This document shows positions 8,641-18,950 of a stretch of 64,000 nucleotides of DNA, piece by piece. The notes beneath the pieces are model-generated. The model was given only the letters and a program-made list of their open reading frames with translations, was not told where the DNA came from and ran no database searches. Every line of letters starts with the position of its first letter. Positions within the stretch are counted from its first letter, which is position 1. Made by a program: the position numbers and the translations under genes. This DNA is from Candidatus Eremiobacteria bacterium (GTDB lineage Bacteria; Vulcanimicrobiota; Vulcanimicrobiia; Vulcanimicrobiales; Vulcanimicrobiaceae). The stretch lies in contig CAVWUU010000001.1 in assembly GCA_963758295.1 (NCBI GenBank), positions 352,001 to 416,000 of the forward strand, given 5' to 3'.

Positions 8641-10338
8641 TTAGGCGGTTTCTTCCGTCTCTTCGACGATGCGGTTTCGCCCTTGACGTTTCGCTTCGTA
8701 AAGCGCCTTGTCGGCGCGCGCGAGCAACGCTTCGGGAGTATCGCCGGTTGTGGCCGCGGCGACGCCGATAGATGTGGTAACCGGATCGCCGCCGGCATAC
8801 CGCATGCCGCCCAGAGAGATGGCCAATCGTAAGCGTTCGCCGACGGTTAACGCCACGTCGCGCGTGGCGCCCGGCATCACGATGAGAAACTCCTCGCCGC
8901 CTATGCGTCCGGCCGTATCGCCGGAGCGCACGGTGCCGCGCACGATTTCACCGATTTTGCGCAAGCATTCGTCGCCGGCGCCGTGGCCTAGTTGATCGTT
9001 GATCGCTTTGAAGTGGTCGATGTCGAGCAAGAGGACTGCGCCGTGTCCCGCTATCGCGCCAAGCTCCTCGAGCATGGCCTGCAGGCGGTCCATCGTTGCG
9101 CTGCGATTGTACAGCCCGGTAAGGCCGTCCGTCGTTGCGGCGCTTTGCGCAGCAGCGATCGAACGCATGTCACGCAGCAGCGGCGCAAGCTCGTGTGCAG
9201 CGTTGGTGAACTGGGAAACTTGCTCTGTCGTTAAGGGCCGGTCGTTCCGGCGGTGCACGACCATCGCGCCGTGAATGTCGCTTTCGCCGATTTTTGCCGC
9301 GAATGCATAAGCTACGTAGTACTCGTCACGCAACGTCGTGCTCGGACGTCCGCTAAACTTGAGGCGGGCCAGGATGCGACGCCGCAATTCGTCCCCCGCG
9401 GGCGTGAGCGCAGGTCCTAGCGTCGTTACGGTGCGCCAGGCGTCCGTGCGCGCGCCCGTCGCGGCCAGCACCGTCACGGTTTCGTCGAATGCCGGCACGC
9501 GCAGCGTTGCAAGAATCGCATTGATTTGCGGCAGCGGGTCGCGATCGCCGAGCATTGCCTGCACGGCATCGCGAACGAGCCTCAGACGGTGCAATTCCGC
9601 GTGTTGCTCGTCAATCGTCTTTAGCAGGAGCGCCGCAACCGCAACCGGCAGCCACATCGCGATCGCAAGCACGTAATGCCCGCGGAGCAGCGGTTCTCTT
9701 ACGACGCCGGCCCATACGACGTTGCCGGCTGCGACGATCCAGGTGCGCGGATCCCCAAGCACGCGCGTCCAAACGCGCGACAGCGAGATGTGGTACGTCA
9801 ATGCCGAGAGCGGCGCGGAGATTGTTAAGACGAAGGCGGCATTTGCGACGGCGACCAGCCCGGCAAACGCAACCACGCCGAGCGCCGGCGTCACGGACTG
9901 CAGCACCGGCGGAAAGTTTTCCACGAATGGGAGAAACGCGAGCGCGGCGAGCGTTCGCGTTACGCCGTGGCGGAGAAGTTCGGTCGGGGATTTCGAGCGG
10001 CCGATCAACGCAGCCGCGACGTATCCGGCGCTTAAGGCGATCACTACCGCGGTACCGCCGACCATTCCGCCGAGCGCGTACAGCGGCGTTACCACCGAAA
10101 GATCGAGCACGACCGCTTCGGCGTTAAGGCCGTTGCGTTTCATGCGCAGGCCGCGAATCGGCAACGCGTTTATTGCAACGAACGCGATCGTAAGCGCAGC
10201 ACACGCCGTCACGATCCAGTCCTGAATCGTAAAGTTACGATAGAACAGCGCAATCACGATGGCCTCGCCCGCTACGGCGATGGTGCCGCCGCCGGCGGTT
10301 ACAAGGCGGCTTGGCGCCGCGCCGTCACGCGCCGCCAT
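8641..10338 (-). CDS. Membrane-bound diguanylate cyclase (multi-TM, GAF-like region, GGDEF)
   Basis: TDGLTGLYNR, DIDHFKAINDQLGH, RSGD I-site, GGEEF, ADKALYEAK. Confidence 0.93.
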   Translation of the reverse strand: MAARDGAAPSRLVTAGGGTIAVAGEAIVIALFYRNFTIQDWIVTACAALTIAFVAINALPIRGLRMKRNGLNAEAVVLDLSVVTPLYALGGMVGGTAVVIALSAGYVAAALIGRSKSPTELLRHGVTRTLAALAFLPFVENFPPVLQSVTPALGVVAFAGLVAVANAAFVLTISAPLSALTYHISLSRVWTRVLGDPRTWIVAAGNVVWAGVVREPLLRGHYVLAIAMWLPVAVAALLLKTIDEQHAELHRLRLVRDAVQAMLGDRDPLPQINAILATLRVPAFDETVTVLAATGARTDAWRTVTTLGPALTPAGDELRRRILARLKFSGRPSTTLRDEYYVAYAFAAKIGESDIHGAMVVHRRNDRPLTTEQVSQFTNAAHELAPLLRDMRSIAAAQSAATTDGLTGLYNRSATMDRLQAMLEELGAIAGHGAVLLLDIDHFKAINDQLGHGAGDECLRKIGEIVRGTVRSGDTAGRIGGEEFLIVMPGATRDVALTVGERLRLAISLGGMRYAGGDPVTTSIGVAAATTGDTPEALLARADKALYEAKRQGRNRIVEETEETA

Positions 10339-11876
10339 TAACCGGCTTCGACCAGTTCTATGCGCGGAAACAGCGCATCACCGACGGTGGTTTGCGTTCC
10401 GGGTTCTAGTTTTCCCCAAACAAGCGCTTCGCTCCAGTCGGCGCCCATCGGCCCTTGAATGCCGAGTTGGCGCCAAATCTCCGCGGTGCGCTCCGGCATT
10501 ACCGGATGCAACAACATCGCCAGCCACCGCAAGCCTTCGACCAGATCGTACAGCAGCTCATCGAGCTCGTTATCGCGGCCTTCTTTAGCGAGCGCCCAAG
10601 GCTTGCGTTCATCGATTGCGCGATTGAGCCCGGTCACGAGATCCCACACGGACTCAAGCGCCCCGCGGAACTCGAGCGAAAGAATCTGATGGCGCACGCG
10701 TTCCGGCAAGGCCGCGAAACGCTCGGCAAATTCTTTGGATTGCGAGCGTTGCGGCACGACGCCGTTGCGATATTTCTGGAGCATGGAAAGCGAACGGCGA
10801 ACGAGGTTGCCCAGATCGTTTCCGAGGTCGCTGTTATGACGTTGCGCGATTTTCTCTTCGGAATACGAGAAGTCGCTGCCGAAAGGCGCTTCCCGCAGGA
10901 GGAAATATCGCAGCGAATCCGCGCCGAAGCGCTCGGCGAGCGCGAACGGATCGACGGCGTTGCCGAGGCTCTTTCCGATCTTCTGTCCGTCGAGCGTGAT
11001 CCAGCCGTGCGCAAAGACGAGTTCGGGTGCCTCTTCACCGAGCGCCCACAACAGCGCGGGCCAAATGATGGTATGGAAGCGCGCGATCTCTTTGCCGATC
11101 AATTGCGTCGAAGCCGGCCACAGCTCGTGGAAACGCTCGTCGTCTTCGCTCCAGCCGATCGCGGTGATGTAGTTGAGCAGTGCGTCGAACCAAACGTAGA
11201 TGACGCCCCCGCTATGCCCGGAATCGGTCGATTGGGGTACCGGAATGCCCCAGTCGAAGTTGGTACGCGAAATGGAAAGATCTTCAAGGCCTTCCTCGAG
11301 GATCGCCATCATTTCGTTGTAGACACTGCGCGGACGCACCCATTGCGGGTTCGCGCGGAAATGCTCTATTAGGCGGTCCCGATACGCGGAAAGCCGGAAG
11401 AACCAATCGTCTTCGGAGATCCACTGCACTTCGCGGCCGCACGTGGGGCACTTGCCGTTGACGAGCTTCGACTCGAGCCAAAACGTCTCGTCGTAGACGC
11501 AGTACCAGCCCTCGTACTTCCCGAGGTAGATGTCGCCGCGTTCGCGGAGCTTTTCGAACACGCGCTGCACCTTCGTTTCGTGGCGCGGTTCGGTCGTACG
11601 AATGAAGTCGTCGTATTCCACGTGGTACGTTTCGAAGAGCGACTTCCAGCGCGGCACGAGCGCATCGCACCATGCTTGCGGGTCTTTTCCGGCCGCAGCG
11701 GCCGCGTTCGCGACCTTTTGCCCGTGCTCGTCGGTACCCGTGAGGAAAAAGGCCGGCCCGGCGGTCCGTGCCGTGCGCGACAAAACGTCGGCCACCACGG
11801 TCGTGTACGCGTGGCCAATATGGGGGTTGCCCGAGATGTAATAAATGGGTGTAGTAACGTAATAAGCGGACTTCAT
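10338..11876 (-). CDS. metG: Methionine--tRNA ligase (short form lacking the C-terminal dimerisation domain)
   Basis: YYVTTPIYY, HIGH, LTGTDEHG, YVWFDAL; KIGKS in place of KMSKS. Confidence 0.97.
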   Translation of the reverse strand: MKSAYYVTTPIYYISGNPHIGHAYTTVVADVLSRTARTAGPAFFLTGTDEHGQKVANAAAAAGKDPQAWCDALVPRWKSLFETYHVEYDDFIRTTEPRHETKVQRVFEKLRERGDIYLGKYEGWYCVYDETFWLESKLVNGKCPTCGREVQWISEDDWFFRLSAYRDRLIEHFRANPQWVRPRSVYNEMMAILEEGLEDLSISRTNFDWGIPVPQSTDSGHSGGVIYVWFDALLNYITAIGWSEDDERFHELWPASTQLIGKEIARFHTIIWPALLWALGEEAPELVFAHGWITLDGQKIGKSLGNAVDPFALAERFGADSLRYFLLREAPFGSDFSYSEEKIAQRHNSDLGNDLGNLVRRSLSMLQKYRNGVVPQRSQSKEFAERFAALPERVRHQILSLEFRGALESVWDLVTGLNRAIDERKPWALAKEGRDNELDELLYDLVEGLRWLAMLLHPVMPERTAEIWRQLGIQGPMGADWSEALVWGKLEPGTQTTVGDALFPRIELVEAG

Positions 11877-12742
11877 TCGGAGCCTTCATCTTCGGCAGCC
11901 GCGCTTGTGCCCATGCCACGTGCGCGCTTCCGTGCGCTCGCTTGGCTGTAAAGTTCCCGCTTTTCCCCGAGACCCCGCTCTGCGAGCTGCTTGGCGATGT
12001 CTCGTACGCTTTCTCCACGGCCGAGCAGCTCGTCGATGGCTTCCGCCGGATCGCCCGCGTCAGACTCAGGCCGGACGCCTTCGAACGGGGCCACCGCGAA
12101 CGAAATCTCACCCCTAACGGGTTGCTCCAGCCCCGCGGAAACCTCCGCCGGCGTTCCAAGGAGCTGCTGCTCGAACTTCTTTGTATACTCCCGTACCAAA
12201 AAGACTTCGGAGGCCGGCGCGACGTTCGCAAGGTCTGCGAGAGCGGGAACGATGCGCTGGGGCGATTCGTACCAAATCGTGGTGACGCGCTCCGAAAGCG
12301 CGTTCCGGAACGCCGTGCGCCGGGCGCCGCTCGAGCGCGGCGGAAAGCCTTCGAAGATGAAGCGCCGCAGCGGGAAGCCCGAGAGCACGGCTACGCCGAG
12401 CGCTGCGCTCGGCCCCGGAAGCACGTCCACTGCTACGCCCGCTTCACGAGCGGCCCGAACCAGTTCGCTTCCCGGGTCCGATACGCCGGGCATGCCGGCG
12501 TCGCTTACGACGGCCACAAGTTGCTCTCGAGCGCGTTCCAGAATGCCGTTTGTCACGGCTCCCGCGTTCTGTTCTCGATAGCTCCAGAGGTCTTTGGAAC
12601 CAATCTTCAGCGCGTAGAGCAACGACCGTGCGACGCGCGTGTCTTCGGCGACGACCAAATCTGCGTTACGCAGCGTTTCAAGCGCGCGCACCGTGATGTC
12701 GCCGAGATTGCCAAGCGGCGTCGGGACGAAAACGAGCGGCAT
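11873..12742 (-). CDS. rsmI: 16S rRNA (cytidine1402-2'-O)-methyltransferase
   Basis: PTPLGNLGDIT, AEDTR, SDAGMPGVSDPG, YESPQR, REYTKKFE. Confidence 0.95.
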   Translation of the reverse strand: MPLVFVPTPLGNLGDITVRALETLRNADLVVAEDTRVARSLLYALKIGSKDLWSYREQNAGAVTNGILERAREQLVAVVSDAGMPGVSDPGSELVRAAREAGVAVDVLPGPSAALGVAVLSGFPLRRFIFEGFPPRSSGARRTAFRNALSERVTTIWYESPQRIVPALADLANVAPASEVFLVREYTKKFEQQLLGTPAEVSAGLEQPVRGEISFAVAPFEGVRPESDAGDPAEAIDELLGRGESVRDIAKQLAERGLGEKRELYSQASARKRARGMGTSAAAEDEGSE

Positions 12743-12745
12743 CCG

Positions 12746-13981
12746 TTACGACCGGATGACGCTCCAGATTTGCGACAACTTGGGCGTGCGTCCGTAAAGC
12801 AGCATGCCAACCCGGTAAATGCGTCCTGCAAGGACAGCGATTGCCCATAGCGCGACGATGTTGATTCCGAGCGAAAGCACGATTTGCCAAACCGGCACCG
12901 TGCCGACGGCAATTCGCGCAAACATTACGAACGCCGAGATCAACGGCACGAAGCTGCAGGCAACGGCCCACGGCGCGTCGGGCGTACCAAGCGCTCCGAT
13001 CGCAACGAAGAGTGCACCGACGACCGCAAAAATGAGCGGCGTGCTTATGCTGCCGAGATCTTCGGTGCGGTTCACGAGCGATGCGATTGCCGCGAACATC
13101 GTCGAAAGCTGGAACAGCCCGATCACGAAAAACAACAAGAACGCGAACACGACGCCGGGTGTAATGACGTCGAACATGCCGGCGAATGAAAACGCGTTAC
13201 TACTAGCGGACGACGCCGTTGCTGCGGAAGCGCCTCCAGCGGGATTTCCGCCGAGCAAAACCATTGCGCCGAACCAGACGACCATTTGCATCACCGCGAG
13301 CGTTACCGCGGCCAAGATTTTCCCGGTCAGCAGCGCGGATGGATCTACGGAGGCAACGAGCAGTTCGGCGATGCGGCTCGTTTTTTCTTCAGCCACCGAA
13401 CTCATGACCAGCTGGCTGTTCATTAGAATCAAAATGTACAGGAAGAAGATCAGCGTGTAGGCGATGACGCGCGCCTCGGCAGCTTGATCCGACGAGGAAA
13501 ATTTCGATGCAACCGTTTGCACGTCGATCGGAATGGTCGTGATGCGTTTGACGTCCGCGGCCGATCGCTGCGTAACGATCTGCAGTTGCAACGGAAGCAG
13601 GTCGCGATTGATTCGTGTGGGTTCCATGCTGCCCGGATCTGCTGCGCGCACGGTTACGCGCAGGCCGCTCGCTGTTTTTGCAAGCATAATCGCGGCGCTT
13701 GCGTGGTGATTTTTGAGCGACGCTTTATCGATTGCTTGCGGAGGCAGTTCGGCCTTGATCGTGTAGTCGTGTTCGAGCAACGGACGCGCCGCGCTCGTAA
13801 CCGGCGCAGAGCCGACAAGAACGATCGAGTTTGAGCCCTCGAAGGCATTCTCGAAAAGGTGCGGCAATTTCGTGAAAATCAGAATGAATACAACGCCGAC
13901 CGCGAGGCCGATCACGAACGGCTTCGATTTGAGACGGCGCGCAAGCTCCGCGCTGTAAACGGTGCCGACGGCATCAAACAC
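12746..13981 (-). CDS. ABC-2 type exporter permease (NatB/YhaP-like)
   Basis: VAEEKTSRIAELL, GKIL, IYRVGMLLYG; GTG start overlaps the ATPase stop. Confidence 0.88.
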   Translation of the reverse strand: MFDAVGTVYSAELARRLKSKPFVIGLAVGVVFILIFTKLPHLFENAFEGSNSIVLVGSAPVTSAARPLLEHDYTIKAELPPQAIDKASLKNHHASAAIMLAKTASGLRVTVRAADPGSMEPTRINRDLLPLQLQIVTQRSAADVKRITTIPIDVQTVASKFSSSDQAAEARVIAYTLIFFLYILILMNSQLVMSSVAEEKTSRIAELLVASVDPSALLTGKILAAVTLAVMQMVVWFGAMVLLGGNPAGGASAATASSASSNAFSFAGMFDVITPGVVFAFLLFFVIGLFQLSTMFAAIASLVNRTEDLGSISTPLIFAVVGALFVAIGALGTPDAPWAVACSFVPLISAFVMFARIAVGTVPVWQIVLSLGINIVALWAIAVLAGRIYRVGMLLYGRTPKLSQIWSVIRS

Positions 13982-14876
13982 TGGCGTTTTCTCCGATTGC
14001 TCGTAAGTAGATCTCGTGAAGCGATGGTTCCATCGCCTCGAATTGCGTGATGCCTTCAGCCGAAACGAGTGCGCGCAGAAGCGCTGCAAAATCGGTATCG
14101 GCCGGAACGACGTAGTTGACTTCGCCGTTCTGTCGCGTCGGCTTGGCTCCGGGCACGTTACCGAGGATGGCGTTTACTGCGGCGCTTCCCGGTGAGACGC
14201 GAACGACCCGAGTCGGCCACATGTTGCGAAGTTCCTGAAGCGTTCCGCTCGCGCGGTTCTCGCCGCCTGCGATAATCGTAAATTCGCTACACAGAGCCTC
14301 GAGCTGCCACATTTGGTGGCTGGAGAGCACGAGCGACGTTCCTGCCGCTTTGATCTCGTTGAGAACGGAAAGCAGCATGTCGGCATTCACCGGGTCCAGA
14401 CCCGAGAATGGTTCGTCGAGCACGAGGAGTTCCGGCTTGTGCACCGCGGCGCATGCTACTTGCACTTTTTGCTGGTTGCCTTTGGAGAGTTCCGAGCACG
14501 GCCGGTCCGTATAGGCGTTCAGCTCCAGGCGCTCGATCCAGCGCGCCACGTTCGGCTGGATATTCGGTTCTCGCATGCCGTGCAGTTTTGCGAAGTACGC
14601 GATCTGCTCGCGAACTTTCATCTTTCCGTACAAACCGCGTTCTTCGGGGAGATAGCCGAAATGCCGGCGCATCTTGTTGTCTACGGGTTTACCGTTCCAC
14701 CGAATGCTGCCGCCATCGGGCATGAGAATGCCGAGAATCATGCGCATCGTCGTCGTCTTCCCTGCGCCGTTTGGCCCAAGCAGTCCGAAGGTGGTACCGT
14801 CTCCGACGGTCAGCGAAACGTCCCGGACGGCACGAATCGAGCCGAACTCTTTACGAACGTGATCGACCTCTAACAT
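13974..14876 (-). CDS. ABC transporter ATP-binding protein (YhaQ-like)
   Basis: GPNGAGKT, LSKGNQQK, LLVLDEPFSGLD, EPSLHEIY. Confidence 0.95.
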   Translation of the reverse strand: MLEVDHVRKEFGSIRAVRDVSLTVGDGTTFGLLGPNGAGKTTTMRMILGILMPDGGSIRWNGKPVDNKMRRHFGYLPEERGLYGKMKVREQIAYFAKLHGMREPNIQPNVARWIERLELNAYTDRPCSELSKGNQQKVQVACAAVHKPELLVLDEPFSGLDPVNADMLLSVLNEIKAAGTSLVLSSHQMWQLEALCSEFTIIAGGENRASGTLQELRNMWPTRVVRVSPGSAAVNAILGNVPGAKPTRQNGEVNYVVPADTDFAALLRALVSAEGITQFEAMEPSLHEIYLRAIGENASV

Positions 14877-14897
14877 GTGGGCGCCATTCAATGAAGG

Positions 14898-16265
14898 GTG
14901 CTCGGTCTCTTGCGACCGAAAACGCGCCCGGTGAACGATCCACAGCTCGTACCGCTCGGTACGGACTTGCCCACGACCACGCGCGACGCCGAGCGTTCCA
15001 GAAGTGGCCGTTCGCTTTTGGTCCATCAGACGGACGCCGGTTCGATTCACGCGTCATTGCGCTTCGCCCGCGTGCGGCGGATGCATATTGAGTTCACGCT
15101 GGACGTGGTGAATGCGACCGACGAACCGTTGCTAGCGACGATCTACGCAATGGCTAAGTCGGGCGATGAGATTCCGGTGGCTCCCTTCGCCTTTTGGATC
15201 GATAAGCGAACGGAAGCATATGTCGATCTGCCCGTCTCGTGGCTCGCCGCGCTCTCATGCAGCGCCGTTTCCGTGCGGCTGCAGAGCCGTAGCGCGCATC
15301 AGCGGCTGGAAGCCGCCATGCCGCGACCTGCCGCCATCGGATGGTTTGCGGCCGGTCTTGCTCTCGCGGCGGTCGCGGCACTGACGTTCACGCTTGCGCA
15401 ACCGCGAGTCATCAGCATGGCTGCGCCGGCTGCAGCGGTTGCGGGCAGCCGTATCAACGTGGCCTACGCGTTCGGAGGCATCGGAAGGCACGAATGGGAG
15501 GTCGACGACCTTTCCGGCGCCCGCGTTGACGGCGGACCGGTGGCAGGATCACAAGACGCTTTGACCATCCCCGTTCCGAACGTCAGCACCCAAACCGTCT
15601 TTGCATTGCGTTTGATAAACCGCGGCCCCCTCGGTACGGCGGCCGAAGAGCGTCCGCTTGTCGTTGCGACGGCGCGTCCATCTGCAGCGCCGCCCGAAAT
15701 CGCATCGCTAGCCTTGGAGAACTCGCAAGTCGCGGACGGCGGTTCCGTCACGGTGCGATATAAAGCATCGGGTCAGTACGGCGACGTCAGCGCCGTCGAC
15801 GCGCAGGGAATCGTATGGGCGCACAAAGCGCTCGATTCGCGCGGCGTAACGACCTTGCAATTGCCGCGCTTCGGCCGTGACAAGGAATTGCAGGTGCGCG
15901 TGGTCGCTCGCCGCGGCGATGCCGAAAGTACTTCCGGCGTGGGCCTGCAAGTTTTAGCCTCTGCTACCCCAACCCCCGCGCCGGCGCCGCAGCCGTCCAA
16001 CGGCAATTCAGCGGTTGAAGTCCTCGATGATGCGGTGAGTCCCGGCGGAATGTTGCATCTCTCCGTATCGGGCGATGCGACCGATCTTTTTGTCACAATG
16101 TCCACGGAGTCCGGAGCAGTGCTTGCGCAGGCAACGCCGGAAATCGCGGGCGGTCAATGCGTCGTTGCCGTTCCGCTCACCGCGAGCGGCAAACTCGTGG
16201 TGGTTGCAAAATATCGCCGCGGCGCTCGTGAAGAGGCTATTGTAAGGGCCGTTCCGGTACGCTAA
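14898..16265 (+). CDS. Hypothetical single-pass membrane protein with beta-rich extracytoplasmic repeats (start uncertain)
   Basis: Long ORF filling the gap between ABC and Tad genes; one TM (IGWFAAGLALAAVAALTFTLA) and Pro-rich linkers. Confidence 0.65.
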   Translation: MLGLLRPKTRPVNDPQLVPLGTDLPTTTRDAERSRSGRSLLVHQTDAGSIHASLRFARVRRMHIEFTLDVVNATDEPLLATIYAMAKSGDEIPVAPFAFWIDKRTEAYVDLPVSWLAALSCSAVSVRLQSRSAHQRLEAAMPRPAAIGWFAAGLALAAVAALTFTLAQPRVISMAAPAAAVAGSRINVAYAFGGIGRHEWEVDDLSGARVDGGPVAGSQDALTIPVPNVSTQTVFALRLINRGPLGTAAEERPLVVATARPSAAPPEIASLALENSQVADGGSVTVRYKASGQYGDVSAVDAQGIVWAHKALDSRGVTTLQLPRFGRDKELQVRVVARRGDAESTSGVGLQVLASATPTPAPAPQPSNGNSAVEVLDDAVSPGGMLHLSVSGDATDLFVTMSTESGAVLAQATPEIAGGQCVVAVPLTASGKLVVVAKYRRGAREEAIVRAVPVR

Positions 16266-16924
16266 CAGGCGCCGGGAGTCAACGGCGCGGTCGACGGAAA
16301 TTGCGGCAACGGAAGCGGCGGCGCAAGCTGGTTCAATTTGGCGTTAACGATCGAATCTTGAATCGTATTGCCGAGTTCCGGATAACACGCCATTAGGCTC
16401 GCGACATCGGGCGTACGTAGAATATTTTGCTGCGCGGTTACCGTGGAGAACGCGCCGCTGAAAATTGCCGGCGGCCGCATCTGCGTGATGAGCGCGGATT
16501 GCGTGTGCGTAAAAAGTGCGGGCTCGGGCAGGCCGTTCGCTGAGATAGCAAGCCGGCCCTGATTGCACGAGCCGTTGACATTGCCGATCAGTGAGGCGTT
16601 GTACCACAACTGAGCGGTAATCGGTCCCGGAAACGTAGCGGGCGAGTTATCGAGCGCGTCCGATGTAGGCTTGATGCACTGCGCTTGCGGCATCCGGGCC
16701 GAGTTCGGCAAGCTGTTGTACAAGGTGTACAAGCTGTACTGCATCATTGGATTGGCTTGATTCGAAATCAGGCCTGAATAGCGCACCGCGACTTGCGAGC
16801 GTTCTCCCATCACGGTCAGTTGCATCGCCCAGATCACGCCGAAGAGCAACAACAAGAAGATCGGCACCATGATGGCCGTTTCGGCCAAGGCCTGGCCGCG
16901 CATTGCGTGGCGACGGTTCGTCAT
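16262..16924 (-). CDS. TadE/TadF-like pseudopilin
   Basis: RGQALAETAIMVPIFLLLLFGVI prepilin motif; ATGA coupling to the upstream gene. Confidence 0.85.
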   Translation of the reverse strand: MTNRRHAMRGQALAETAIMVPIFLLLLFGVIWAMQLTVMGERSQVAVRYSGLISNQANPMMQYSLYTLYNSLPNSARMPQAQCIKPTSDALDNSPATFPGPITAQLWYNASLIGNVNGSCNQGRLAISANGLPEPALFTHTQSALITQMRPPAIFSGAFSTVTAQQNILRTPDVASLMACYPELGNTIQDSIVNAKLNQLAPPLPLPQFPSTAPLTPGAC

Positions 16925-17970
16925 TTGCACGCGAAGTCGGCTCCTTCGGTCACGGCGTACGGCAGCGGTTTGATCGCGAGCGACGTCCACCACCCGGTAA
17001 AAACCAGCATCCCCTGATCTTCTTGAGCGCCGTTTCCGACGAACAAGCCATTGGAGAAAGCCGTGAACGGGGAGCCGTAGTTATCGGGATTGTTTGGGTT
17101 GCCGCCGAAATCGATGCGATACTGAGGATCGTGATTGCTGAAAAGCGCGCGATTCTGCGCACTTTCCGGGTACTCCGTCGGCTGAAAGACCTTGTTGCCG
17201 TTCAAGTTGTTTTGGAGCGATCCGGCGTACATGAACTCTTGCGTCGCCATGATGCTCGTCGCGGCGGCGCGGCCGACAACGGTTGTCGGTGCCGCGTTGA
17301 AGTTGAGGAAGTGGGCGAACGGCGCTGGAACTTTCGCGCAGGTAATTACTTCGAGCTCCATCGGCGTTAGATCTTCGGTTGGAGCGCTGCGCGAGCCGCC
17401 GCCCACGGTAGAACTGTTCGCATCGGAGTAGACGTCTTCCAAATAATCGTCTGCGCGGCTCTGCGCGTGGACCAGAGCGTAATCGAACGCGCAATCGCCG
17501 CCCTTGGCGGTGCCGCAATTCGTCTGGTAAGTGCCTAAGATCGCTTTCATTGCGGCGATCTGAGCGGGATAGGTTTGCGTGGAAACCCGTTGCAGGATTT
17601 GGATGTCGTTCGTGTATCGTGTCACGGCATCGAAATATTCGCCCCGAAGCGTTTGGTAGATCGCATCGCAGCCCGTTGATCCCGAGGAGCTGTCGCAACC
17701 GCCGACGCCATGCACGACCTGCAGAATATCGTTGATCAAGAACCGGATTCGATACTCTTCCACGGCAGCCGCATGCAGCGTCGCAAGTTCTTCGTTCCAT
17801 TGTGAGGTTTGCACCGTCAGCAAGCCCTGGGCCGCCGCGTCGGCGGCATTTTGAGCGCGCATCTGCCACATCAGCATGTTGCCATAGTTGATAGCAAGTG
17901 CAAGCAGCGATAAGACGGTTAGCATTCCGAACGCCCAAAGCGGCATCGTTTGTCCACGTTGGCCGTTCAT
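16921..17970 (-). CDS. TadG-like pilus assembly protein
   Basis: QRGQTMPLW, then TM, then AQNAADAAA N-terminal TadG motif. Confidence 0.82.
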   Translation of the reverse strand: MNGQRGQTMPLWAFGMLTVLSLLALAINYGNMLMWQMRAQNAADAAAQGLLTVQTSQWNEELATLHAAAVEEYRIRFLINDILQVVHGVGGCDSSSGSTGCDAIYQTLRGEYFDAVTRYTNDIQILQRVSTQTYPAQIAAMKAILGTYQTNCGTAKGGDCAFDYALVHAQSRADDYLEDVYSDANSSTVGGGSRSAPTEDLTPMELEVITCAKVPAPFAHFLNFNAAPTTVVGRAAATSIMATQEFMYAGSLQNNLNGNKVFQPTEYPESAQNRALFSNHDPQYRIDFGGNPNNPDNYGSPFTAFSNGLFVGNGAQEDQGMLVFTGWWTSLAIKPLPYAVTEGADFACK

Positions 17971-18950
17971 TAGCAGCCGATCTCCGGATGCAGCGGCGAG
18001 AATTGCCCGTAGAACCCTTTACCTACGATCTTCGGATGCGTGGCTTGGTCCCAGGTGTAAACCAGCCGAAACGAATAGGGCGCGAGCAGCGGCGAAGAAG
18101 CCGCCATTGGACCCGTGGGCGTTTCGTTCCAATCACTGTTGCCGGCGAAGTCGGAAGGCTTGGTAGAAACCGGACGCGCGGGATTGGCAAACAAGAACGC
18201 GCCGATTGCCGCGTAAACGCGCTGATGGCAACCCATCAAGTAAAAGGGTCCGCCCGGGCCAACGCCGGCGGCGACGCTCTTGTTATAGTTGTCGTCTTTC
18301 AAAAACTCCGCCATGCCGAGCGTTTCAAGGGACATGCCGCTGCAGAGTCCGGGTGTCGTTTGTGAAACCCAGCTGCCGCAATAGCGCATATCCGCGATAT
18401 TGAAGTAATACGGTGGGACGTTCTGGTCGTCTTGGAGCAGCGGATCGACCATTGAAGCGTAGACGCCCGGTGAGTTGTATCCCAACCCTTGCGCGTCATC
18501 GTCGTGGTTGCCGACCATCAAACGCCCGTCGACGTTGCCTGAATAGAGCTTAATGCTGTTGCCGAATACCGAAAAAGCGCCGGTCGTAAAATTCAATGAA
18601 GTGCCCAGCCGTTGCGGGCGGATTAGTGCCGCGCCGCCGTAGCGCAGCGACTGACTTCCCCACTGCGTATAATTTACGGGCTGGTTCGTACTCGGCGGCG
18701 GCATCGCAGCTTCGACGATGCTCGAAGTGACGATCGACGGGAAAAGCCGCTGCAGCGTCGCAGCGAGAGTCGCCTGATTTGTAGCACCGGCGGAATATTG
18801 CTGCGCGTAAAAGAACGTGCCGCCGTCCAGCTGCACCTGGTAGAACGAAAGAAGCGCCACTTGCATCGTTCCGAGCAAGAGAAGCATCGTGAAACTCAAG
18901 ACGATGGCCGTCTCTGCGAGTCCGGCACCCCGAATACGGTGCCCTTTCAT
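17970..18950 (-). CDS. TadE-like pseudopilin with a large C-terminal domain
   Basis: RGAGLAETAIVLSFTMLLLLG prepilin motif. Confidence 0.78.
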   Translation of the reverse strand: MKGHRIRGAGLAETAIVLSFTMLLLLGTMQVALLSFYQVQLDGGTFFYAQQYSAGATNQATLAATLQRLFPSIVTSSIVEAAMPPPSTNQPVNYTQWGSQSLRYGGAALIRPQRLGTSLNFTTGAFSVFGNSIKLYSGNVDGRLMVGNHDDDAQGLGYNSPGVYASMVDPLLQDDQNVPPYYFNIADMRYCGSWVSQTTPGLCSGMSLETLGMAEFLKDDNYNKSVAAGVGPGGPFYLMGCHQRVYAAIGAFLFANPARPVSTKPSDFAGNSDWNETPTGPMAASSPLLAPYSFRLVYTWDQATHPKIVGKGFYGQFSPLHPEIGC

